The notes under the pieces are model-generated. The model made no database searches. It was not told the DNA's origin and saw only the letters and a list, made by a program, of their open reading frames with translations. Of a stretch of 64,000 nucleotides of DNA, positions 38,493 through 47,803 are shown piece after piece (within the stretch, counting starts at the first letter, position 1; the number at the start of each line of letters is the position of its first letter). The position numbers and the translations under genes are program-made. This DNA comes from Pseudovirgaria hyperparasitica (taxonomy: Eukaryota), in assembly GCA_010093815.1 (NCBI GenBank), contig ML996582.1, one strand, 5' to 3'.

Positions 38493-39083
38493 GTCTCAGG
38501 GGTCGGCCGCTGATTCGTGATAATGTGGACGAGTGCAAAGTATTCGGAAAGAATGTCACTCCATCGAATGGAAGGACCATCAGGTCACCGATGTACTGAT
38601 ATGCAATGACATTTGATTAGATAAGATAGAAATTATACGAGGTCCGACCCGCGGATCGTCATGCCAGAACAGTGCGATGGGATGATAACGCGACCTCGGA
38701 AGACTGCTACGGATAAGTGCTCAAGTGGGGCCATCCATCCCGCATCCGCTGAATCCGCCCTAACCTAGGGAGGGGATGGGCCGCAATGCCAAGCGGCATT
38801 AGTGTACAATCTATGGATACACGCACCTCCATGGGTGTTGGTCGCGCGCTAACAAAGACGCAACACGGGGTATTAGGCAAACAATGGTATCCGTTCGACC
38901 GTGTTGGCGAAGGACCACGGCTGACTCAAAGATATGACTCAGATCAAGTGGTCGCAGACAATTCCCAACATTAGGCGTGAACAAAATTATGTCTATCCAT
39001 TAGCTGACTCCGGCTTGATCCCACCATCGACACATCATTGCATCACCTGTGGTGTCCATTATTAGCTATTCTTCAGGATTACT

Positions 39084-40607
39084 ATGTGGCAATACACTCT
39101 ATCCGGTTTTGTTATCTTCTTCATATTCACAATCTACCGGTTGATTTACGCTTTGTACTTTTCCCCTCTACGCACCATCCCCGGCCCTCTAATCGCCCGA
39201 GTCACCTCAAAGCGCGGCAAGATTGATCAGTTTTCTGGCAACGTATCCGTACGAGCTATACTCGATGAGCAGAAATATGGGGAGGTGTACGTTTACAAAC
39301 CCAATGCTGTCTGCATCAACCATCCGGAAGACATCAAATCTGTGCTCGGTTCTCAAGATTTTTTGAAGACCGGCTTCTTCGACATCTTTAACGACGGTTG
39401 TGTTCGAAATGTTGTCTCGATGCGTGATCCTATCCTCTCGAGTCAGCGGAGACGACAGATTGGACCTTATTTCAACTTCTGGCAGCTGGCGAAGATGGAA
39501 GATCTCATTCTACGACACGGGTACAAAGCGCTAAAGACCAAATGGGACGGCCTGATGGAGATGAATGCGTCTGGACAGACTGAAGTCAACTATCGTATTG
39601 ACACCCAGCTTGTTACTTTCGATATCATGTCTGCCGTTGCATTCGGACGAGATTTCGGATCCATTCGAAAAGGCAGCTCCTCTGTTCTGAAGTGGGCCGG
39701 TGTCATTATGTCTCTACTCGACTCTTCCTTTGTTCTGGCATTGCTCTCTTTATTGCCATTCTCACTCGTTATGAGGCCTTGGAAAACAATGTACCACGAA
39801 CTCGCAGTCTACAGTGATGAGTGTATACAAGACCGCAAATCACTGCTTGTTATCAAGGATAACAAGAAGCCCATGGATATGCTTCAAGCTTTTATTGACG
39901 CCGAAGATCCTGAGTCCCGAGCAAAGATGACACCACTTGAGGTTCAAGCCGAAAGTATCATGATGATGCTCGCAGGCTCGGAGACAACAAGCAGCGCAAT
40001 AATGTGGACGTTCCATCTGCTACTGCTTCACCCTTTTATATTAGCCACTGCAGTGCGCGAGATCCGCACCACATTTCCTAGTGCTCGACCATACACCATT
40101 ACCTTCAAAGATGTGCAGATAAAGCTTCCATACACCGAGGCTTGTATCTATGAGGCATTGCGTCACTCACCTACTACTGCTGGGCTGACGCCTCGGATAT
40201 CGTATACACGATCCATAACATTGCATAGTGGGCATATCATACCACCAAATACTGAGATATATGTGAATTTACGGTCGCCTAACATGCATGAGACTTTATG
40301 GTCGGAACCTCAAAGGTTTAATCCAGATCGATTTCTCGAAACAGACTCAAAGAAGAGTTTATTTACGTTCTCGTACGGACCACGGAATTGTATCGGGAAG
40401 AACTTGGCATGGGTCGAGATGCTGACGATCATTGCGAATGTATTGAAAGATTATGACATCTTCCTGCCGGATGGTAATATGTTTGGACCACACAATGTAG
40501 ACGAAAATGGATTTCCGAGGCTTCTACCGGCCAAATGCTTCATTGCGAGTTTCCCGTCTAACCCAGAGAGAGATTGCAAGATGATTGTACGAAAACATTG
40601 CGAGTGA
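39084..40607 (+). CDS. Cytochrome P450 #4 (fusidane/helB-type), intronless
   Basis: LAGSETT, EALR, FNPDRF, FSYGPRNCIG. Confidence 0.92.
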   Translation: MWQYTLSGFVIFFIFTIYRLIYALYFSPLRTIPGPLIARVTSKRGKIDQFSGNVSVRAILDEQKYGEVYVYKPNAVCINHPEDIKSVLGSQDFLKTGFFDIFNDGCVRNVVSMRDPILSSQRRRQIGPYFNFWQLAKMEDLILRHGYKALKTKWDGLMEMNASGQTEVNYRIDTQLVTFDIMSAVAFGRDFGSIRKGSSSVLKWAGVIMSLLDSSFVLALLSLLPFSLVMRPWKTMYHELAVYSDECIQDRKSLLVIKDNKKPMDMLQAFIDAEDPESRAKMTPLEVQAESIMMMLAGSETTSSAIMWTFHLLLLHPFILATAVREIRTTFPSARPYTITFKDVQIKLPYTEACIYEALRHSPTTAGLTPRISYTRSITLHSGHIIPPNTEIYVNLRSPNMHETLWSEPQRFNPDRFLETDSKKSLFTFSYGPRNCIGKNLAWVEMLTIIANVLKDYDIFLPDGNMFGPHNVDENGFPRLLPAKCFIASFPSNPERDCKMIVRKHCE

Positions 40608-40664
40608 GGACGGTCTCGAAGAAATAGTGCTGTTATTGGTCGAAGGAACGTAGTAGTCTATATC

Positions 40665-42089
40665 TCAATACACTAATTCGATACATTCACTGAAGTCACT
40701 ATTCCCTAAAAGCTGCTGCATTACCCACGGACGTAAAGTCAAAAACACATCAATATCGCCGTTTGCTTCTGGTCGGCTCGGCATGATAACGGCGACTGTG
40801 TTGCTATACGCCATTGGTGCTATAAATTCTGGCCTACCATTCCCGAAGTCTGTATCGTAATAGCCAAGGCGTGTTTGGTTGCTGAAAGCTTGACAAACCA
40901 TTGATGCGTACAAAACGTTTGCCCGGTGACCAAGAAGCGTGATTACACGCAATGCTCGTTTCAAAAAGGTCTCTATGCTCGCCTGTGACACCTCTGTCAC
41001 AGTATTCCGAGAGATGAGTGCCACCTCTGCGATAGGTTGTACCGCTTTAGCGGAGATCGGGAGGCGGAGAAGAGACGTTGGCGCAGTGACGTATAATCCA
41101 ATCGCACAACTCCCAGAGTATCTCTCTGGGACCTTTAGGCGGTGTCGAAAGTCGCAAGGCACGATTGCTGACAAGGACTCGGGCGGTGAAGACTTAACAC
41201 TAGGGGGGTAAGAGCTCTGGAAGAAAGCCATTGTGAACAGGGAGACAATCACGTCATTGGAAGACACCTTCGTGCCGAGCGATAAAGTAGCGGCTTCATG
41301 CTGTACACCCTCAATGAAGGATCGTTTGACTCGGAAGAGATGGCTCTCTAACACGGCAGCCGAGTCCTGTTTCTTCGAAAATAGAACGAAAACTTCGAGT
41401 AAGCAGCGAAGCAAGAGTGACAGCCCTGCTACCATGTATGTCATAAGGTTCCATGGTTCTCTGGCAGGCGGTTGTAGGTCGGCTCGAAGCCTCTCGTACA
41501 TGAAGCGTCGACTTAGCAACGGTAGGTGGTAGCGTCGCGGGTCATGCGATGGAAGCCGTTTTGAACACTCATTTGCCCAGTCCTGATAAAACTGGTCACA
41601 GCCTTTTGCGTCAAATACGCAATGTGCAATGCGAATTCTAATGACAACGCCACTGTTTTCCGCCAGGCGTACAATGAGGACTTCTAAAAGCTTCGAGTAC
41701 GATGCGATGGTGGTTCCTGATGAGTTGACACGAGGATCCTGGACATTGATGCCATTGGGCCAGGAATCACGATGGAATGAGGCTTCGCGGATCTCACAGA
41801 ACTTGGTGGAGCTACCAGTTTCCTCAAATGATGGCAAGTTCAGGTCAGATGGGTCAACAATGATGCTTATTGATGTCCCACTGCGCATGGCTCGCCCAAC
41901 AAGAATTGGAAATCTCCAAAGTGAGGCGTAGAGAGAAGCCTCCAGCCGCAGTCTAGGCATGAAGTCTATGTTTGATGCATCATTATTTGCATAGAAAAAG
42001 ACATTGGAAATGTAGAGGTGACTTGGAATGATATCCAGAGGTGAAAGCTCATACTTTGCTGGCTCGAGGTAGTTCAAAGTGGAATCCAT
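40665..42089 (-). CDS. BAHD/transferase-family O-acetyltransferase (helD-like), intact, intronless
   Basis: LSPLD, HCVFD (HxxxD), DTDFGNG (DFGxG). First ATG at 42089 (MDSTLNY). Confidence 0.88.
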   Translation of the reverse strand: MDSTLNYLEPAKYELSPLDIIPSHLYISNVFFYANNDASNIDFMPRLRLEASLYASLWRFPILVGRAMRSGTSISIIVDPSDLNLPSFEETGSSTKFCEIREASFHRDSWPNGINVQDPRVNSSGTTIASYSKLLEVLIVRLAENSGVVIRIRIAHCVFDAKGCDQFYQDWANECSKRLPSHDPRRYHLPLLSRRFMYERLRADLQPPAREPWNLMTYMVAGLSLLLRCLLEVFVLFSKKQDSAAVLESHLFRVKRSFIEGVQHEAATLSLGTKVSSNDVIVSLFTMAFFQSSYPPSVKSSPPESLSAIVPCDFRHRLKVPERYSGSCAIGLYVTAPTSLLRLPISAKAVQPIAEVALISRNTVTEVSQASIETFLKRALRVITLLGHRANVLYASMVCQAFSNQTRLGYYDTDFGNGRPEFIAPMAYSNTVAVIMPSRPEANGDIDVFLTLRPWVMQQLLGNSDFSECIELVY

Positions 42090-42699
42090 CCTTGCTTTCG
42101 AGTTAAAGAAGCCCAAGCCGTGTGTTTTCCGTACTCAAACTTCCAGTGTCTGGATATAGAAGTACGCAGAGGGATTCATCGGCACCGAACTTAACTTCTG
42201 AGTTATGATCATTATTAGTCAATGAAACGGGCTTTGGTAATGAAAAACACTATATACCATCTAGTCTGTGTGTGACAGACAGCCTGCTTCATGAAAAGGA
42301 CCGACCTTATAGAACAAGTGGTGTCAGCAGCGAGGCTCGCGCGGACTCTACTAGAGACGCGTGTGAATACCAGCGCTAATGCAAGGGTCTCGTATGGATT
42401 CGATATAGCCCAGGTGTCTAGCCCTTAGGGCCTCAGGCGGTTCCCCTGCAGTGTAAAGGTCACAGCGTATCACACTCCTGGGTGCGATCGCGTTTACTAT
42501 ACAGCATCGGTCTGCAGCCAGGAGCAAAGCCGTCATTCGGCTGATACGGCTGGAGTATGTTATACAACAAGCATGCGTCTAATATGCAGTCACATCAATT
42601 CTTAACAAGGAGCGAGATCCCGAATTCGAAGGACATACCACTTTCACCCAGCAAGGCAGTCGGACCGATGTCTATTCTCCACCAGACGAAAGACTACGC

Positions 42700-44378
42700 A
42701 CACCGACGTTGATAAAGAGGTCGACGTTCTTATCATCGGGAGTGGGGCAACAGGCCTTACGGCAGCGTTACGATGTAATAATGAGCGTGGACTAGATACA
42801 ATGGTCGCATAAAAAATGTCCAAGATTGGAGGGACAACTACATACCCTGGTGGTGAGCTTTGGGTCCCAAACAACCATCCTCGCCAAGCTGCCAGAGTCG
42901 TTAATTCTTACGAAAATGCGTTTCAGTATCTGGAAGCCATCATCGATGATGTTGGACCTACATCCTCTTGTACAAGGAAGGAGGCATTCTTAAAGGCAGG
43001 ACCTACTATGGTTGGAAGCCATCGGGTTCAAATGAAACCTTTCACTTGGCAGTTCAGACTCTTATCCAGACAAGCCAGGAGCCCTTGTCATTGAGCGAGC
43101 TATTGAGCCAAAGATATTCGACGAGAAGAAACTGGGTGTCTGGAGGAAACGCCCGAATAGGCCCCCTGGAAGAGCAAGACCGCCTCTCTATACAAGTGAA
43201 GGCAGCAAGGCACTTCTCTCCGTGGCAACATGGGGTGGTAATTTCCAACTACTTCGCATAATAGCAAGATGGATCGGGCGAAAGTTGCTCGGTCAGAACC
43301 AGTCACTATGGGCTTGAGTCTAATCGCACAGCTGCTAGTCATTAGTATCCGGCGTGTCATTAGTCTAAGAACAGGAATGGCGTTGGTTAGACTTCTCAGG
43401 AATTCTAACACCAACACCTCAGACGGTGCAGTGCTAGAGCAGTCTGGTAGAGAGCTGATTATACGCACAAGGAAGAGTGTAATACTTGCTGTAGGTGGCT
43501 TTGCGTACAACAAAGACATGCGTGCCACATACCAGCCGTTTTTCCAAGCGTCGAATGAACGTCCGTCCCTAAGAGCGATACAGGTGACGCTATAAGAGCG
43601 GGAATGAACATTGGCGGGGCACTCGCACTTATGGATGAAGCTTGGTGGGACCAACAATGATCGATCCAGCCAGCGGCCTACGGGTTTTTCATCTTGTTTG
43701 GAAGAGCCAGGCCGCATTTAATCATCGTCGACTCGAGCGTCGAGCGTTTCATGAACGAAGCACAAAGCTATATTTACGCTGGTCACGAGTGATACAGACG
43801 GCATAGAGAATGTGGCAACAAGGTGAAAGCTATCCCTGTTTGGATAATCGTCGACTCGCAATTCATAAGAGAAGTACCCCTTAGGACGATTGATGGCAGG
43901 TTCGTCCTTAAAGAGGGCTATCGACACGGGTTTTCTTTTTGAAGGGAGGACTATCTTAGAACTAGCACAAATTGTTGGTGTGAACGTCCCAGGACTCAAT
44001 GCGACCATTCTACGGTTCAACCAGATGGCGCGACATGGGAAAGACCTAGACCATAATCGAGGCGGTAATGCTTATGACCGACAGTTTGGAGATCCGCTCT
44101 GCAAGCCAATTCCCAACCTGGGCACGATCGAGAGTGCACCATTTTTTGCGCTCAAGATCTTTCCTGGTGATCTAGGCACGAAAGGCGGTCTGTTAACGAA
44201 CGGACATGGCCAAGTTCTTAACGAAAATGGCGACAAGATCTAAGGACTTTACGCTGCGGGCAATTCCTCTTCTTCTGTCATTGGTAGGACTTATGCGGGC
44301 GTAGCCTCAACTCTCGCACTGGCTATGACATTTGCTTTCCTGGCAGCCGAGCACATGTCTGGCGCTAATCAGGCTTAA
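42700..44378 (+). pseudogene. 3-ketosteroid-delta1-dehydrogenase (FAD-dependent, helE/KstD-like) pseudogene
   Basis: DVLIIGSGATGLTAA, stop in place of E in (E)K at ~42810, IGGTTTYPGGELWVPNN, RKSVILAVGGF, LMDEAWW/PT (frameshift ~43650), IIVDSS-ERFMNEAQSY, PGDLGTKGGLLT, stop at 44241 before GLYAAGN, natural stop at 44378. The start is uncertain. Confidence 0.88.
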
Positions 44379-44462
44379 GATGTAGAAAGCAGAAGTATGC
44401 TGTAGTTCTAGCCATGGAGAGTCTAACGCGACTATTGCCCATGTTGTAAGGCCGTGTAGGTT

Positions 44463-45137
44463 TGCATGCTCTTTTATATAGTAGATATATATGAGATTGA
44501 TAAATGTTAATTTTTCTAGTTCATTATCTATGAGTTTACTATCTATAAGAAGTATTTATAAAGTCTCTTTAAGGAGATAGAGAAGGATTTCGAGATACTA
44601 TGGAAGTTTCTATAAGATGATTTATATAAAAAAATACGTTAGGACTTAGAGATACAAACGTTCTCTCTCTACTCTCTCTTTTCTTGAAAATTCAATTTTT
44701 TTATCATAGACTGTAGTAATCAGTTCAGAGCTCAAGAAGTACATCATGATATATAGATTCAATATGAGGTAGAGATATTTCATAAACCTCTATAACGGGT
44801 GAGCAATCGTGTGTGAAAACAGAAAGACGCCAAGAGAGTTAGGTTCCACCTACAGGCTGTTCTATCTTCTATATTGTTGAAAATCCTTCTCTATCTTCTT
44901 AAAGAAACTTTATAAATACTACTAACGGATAATAAACTTATAGATAATCAACTTAGAGATAATCAACTCATAGATAATAAGCTCATAGATAATCGACTCG
45001 TAGATAATCAACTCAAAGACAATCAACTCATAGATAATCAACTTATAAATAATGAAATCATAGAAGGATTAATAATAATCTATTCCATATATATCTACTT
45101 CTATATATCCTTATATGTAAGTATAGAGAGCTGCAGA
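44463..45137. mobile_element. AT-rich foldback/MITE-like relic with long inverted arms and 15-bp tandem repeats, at right border of the cluster
   Basis: 44519-44606 is an imperfect reverse complement of 44866-44952; outer segments ~44463-44518 and ~45055-45137 also pair. Tandem atagataatcaactc units at ~44940-45050. Confidence 0.7.
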
Positions 45138-46282
45138 TAGAAATTTGGGGAGGGATTTACAGCGTCGGTAGTATATAGCGGCTAAAGACGAAGGCGCACG
45201 TAAGTCGGTTTTACATACGAAGTGCTAACTTAAATAAGTAACGATACCATGCAAGAGAGATAAGTACAAAATGAACATGGCGTTCCATAACAACACACCC
45301 AAATTCGTACTGGTAACAAAGGAGATGACATCTAGTAAGACAATTTGTGGACCACATACTAGCAGGACACATTGGACACGACCAAATAGGCACTTGTAAG
45401 CTGTGCCATACCCCTCTAGCTATTTACAGGTTTTGCCTTGAACTAACTAACTTGACTCAGCTAGCCTCTGCTAACTGATCTATGATGACTGAAGCGCCGG
45501 AGCCTTCGGCTATGCAACATGCAAATCACAGTTTCACATCGCATTGTGGTCACTGCAGTACCATACAGCTTCTGAGTGCTACATCATCCCTGTGAAATGG
45601 ATCTCTACTAACTTCATACCGAATCACTGCTCGATGAAATGATATAAAGTCACGGATCCAACTCGCCTGCACGGTGGTGGGTCCATTGACATCCGCCCGT
45701 ACTTAGCGAAGGCAGCTTCCGTCTGCCCAAGCAGCAAGCTTTGGGCATAAGTAGTGCGCGTTCGACAGATATCATGCCAGGTGAGCACTTAAGTAAACCA
45801 CTCATGATAAGAAGACACTAAAATATCTCTACCATAGGGAACTTCTGCCATATCATGGGGGTAAGACCTATACAAGCATTTCAACGCGGAGCCGCCCGCC
45901 GGAACGGGCCGGGGGGGGGGGGGGGGCAGTTGGTAATCTTCCGGGTCCCTTGCCACTTACTATTAGCCTTACAAGTAGATACCTGGTTCGTGCGTCAATT
46001 AGACCATAGGCTAGCGTCTTTTCGCATCTAACTTTTCCTTGAATGGGAAGTGCATACTGCGCATAGATACTGGCTGGATAGATACGTTTCCTTTACACCA
46101 GAGTCTTGTACATCCTTTAAATACGTACGTGATCAGAATGCTATTGTATCTAGAACACCTTCCACAGCCGATCATCTTTAAAGAACTATTGTGCCTTAGA
46201 CAGTCAGACTTCGGGCTACTCTTGTTGAGCTGTACAAGTACGTGGTTAATATTGGACCTCTACGTGAATAGCATCCAACAGC

Positions 46283-47803
46283 ATGAGCCTTTTAGAGACT
46301 CATCAGAAGTACTTCAGAGCTTCGAAAGAACACGACGAAGCAGTCAAAAACATAGCCGATTGCATCCGCCAGTTTTACGAACAAGAAACTCCATTTCGTA
46401 TCTATCATGGGGTAACAAACAGTACGCGCAACTCAACACGGCGAGCGGACCAAGTCATTGATATTAGCTGCCTCAATAATGTCCTCGAAGTCTGCCCGGA
46501 GACCCGAGAGGTACTCGTCGAGCCCAACGTCTCTATGGATTATCTTTTAAGAGAAACTCTGAAGCATGGTCTGCTCCCCGCAGTTGTCCCCGAATTCCCT
46601 GGGATCACTGTCGGTGGAGCATTCTCGGGAACTGCTGGGGAGAGCAGCTCGTTCCGACACGGCCTTTTCCAGGATACAGTGGAATGGATCGAGATTATTC
46701 TTGGCAATGGCAGCAAGCTGTATGCAGGACGCAACTTCAATTCGGATCTCTACCGCGGGGCCCGTTCGTCGTTCGGAACGCTAGGTGTTCTGACACAGCT
46801 CTGTGTGAAATTGATACCAGCCAAAACGCATGTGCTGCTCGAGTATCACAAAGTCAAAAGCTTCAAAGACGCGACTAATGTGATTGACTTCCATGAGGAC
46901 CAACCAGACACTGATTACCTAGACGGTATTATGTTTGCGGACAATGCTGGCGTTATATGTGTTGGGAAACTCGAAGACATGCCACTAAACAATTGTCGAT
47001 GGCCCGAGAGACGTTTTACGGGCCCCTGGGATCCATGGTTCTACATGAACGCGAAGACCGTTATCGAGTCTAGAAGTAAAGAAGAACGCAAAGAGTACAT
47101 TCCCATTAAGGATTATCTCTTCCGTTACGATCGAGCCGCCTTCTGGATGAGTAAATACACATTCAACTACTTCTTCGTGCCCAACATCAGTTTCACCCGC
47201 TGGCTGTTCAACACGTACACCAAGACGCAAACCATGTATCACGCTCTCCACGCCAGTGGTTTGTCTAATAAATACATCATCCAGGACATCATGATACCTT
47301 ACTCTGCTGCCAACGAGTTTTTTAGCTATTTGGGTACGAATTTCGAACACTATCCCGTATGGCTATGTCCATTAGGCCACCGTAATGGGGAGAAAGCCAG
47401 AAGCGATAGCGTGACCCAGGAATGTATTTCCAATGCCTCTGATACAGCGCAAAAATCGAGCTTCAGCCCTTCTGAGGTTTGCAATGACAAGATGCTTAAC
47501 TTCGGCGTCTGGGGCCCTGCCCAAAGTGGCAATTTTGCAGACTTTGTCGCTTGGAACCGGGCCTTGGAGGCCAAAGTAGAAGAGCTCCAAGGCCGAAAGT
47601 GGCTGTATGGGCATACGTTCTATACCGAGAAGGAGTTCTGGAGTATTTATGATCGCAAGCAACTTGACATGCTGCGAGCGAAGTATCACGCCTCCTACTT
47701 ACCAACTCTTTACGACAAGGTCAAGGGGCATGGCACCGTTACATCGACGTGGTTCTCGCAGCTATGGAATATTCGACCATTGCCAGGGCTATACGGCTGG
47801 TGA
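46283..47803 (+). CDS. FAD-linked oxidoreductase, delta(24)-sterol reductase (DHCR24/DWF1)-like, intronless
   Basis: FRIYHGVTNSTR, LVEPNVSMD, VVPEFPGITVGGAFSGTAGESSSFRHG, SFGTLG, DYLFRYDR, IIQD, GRKWLYGH. Confidence 0.85.
   Translation: MSLLETHQKYFRASKEHDEAVKNIADCIRQFYEQETPFRIYHGVTNSTRNSTRRADQVIDISCLNNVLEVCPETREVLVEPNVSMDYLLRETLKHGLLPAVVPEFPGITVGGAFSGTAGESSSFRHGLFQDTVEWIEIILGNGSKLYAGRNFNSDLYRGARSSFGTLGVLTQLCVKLIPAKTHVLLEYHKVKSFKDATNVIDFHEDQPDTDYLDGIMFADNAGVICVGKLEDMPLNNCRWPERRFTGPWDPWFYMNAKTVIESRSKEERKEYIPIKDYLFRYDRAAFWMSKYTFNYFFVPNISFTRWLFNTYTKTQTMYHALHASGLSNKYIIQDIMIPYSAANEFFSYLGTNFEHYPVWLCPLGHRNGEKARSDSVTQECISNASDTAQKSSFSPSEVCNDKMLNFGVWGPAQSGNFADFVAWNRALEAKVEELQGRKWLYGHTFYTEKEFWSIYDRKQLDMLRAKYHASYLPTLYDKVKGHGTVTSTWFSQLWNIRPLPGLYGW

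Noticed and set aside
45910..45926. Poly-G run as a G-quadruplex or regulatory element
   Set aside because: Simple homopolymer of uncertain assembled length; no further evidence.
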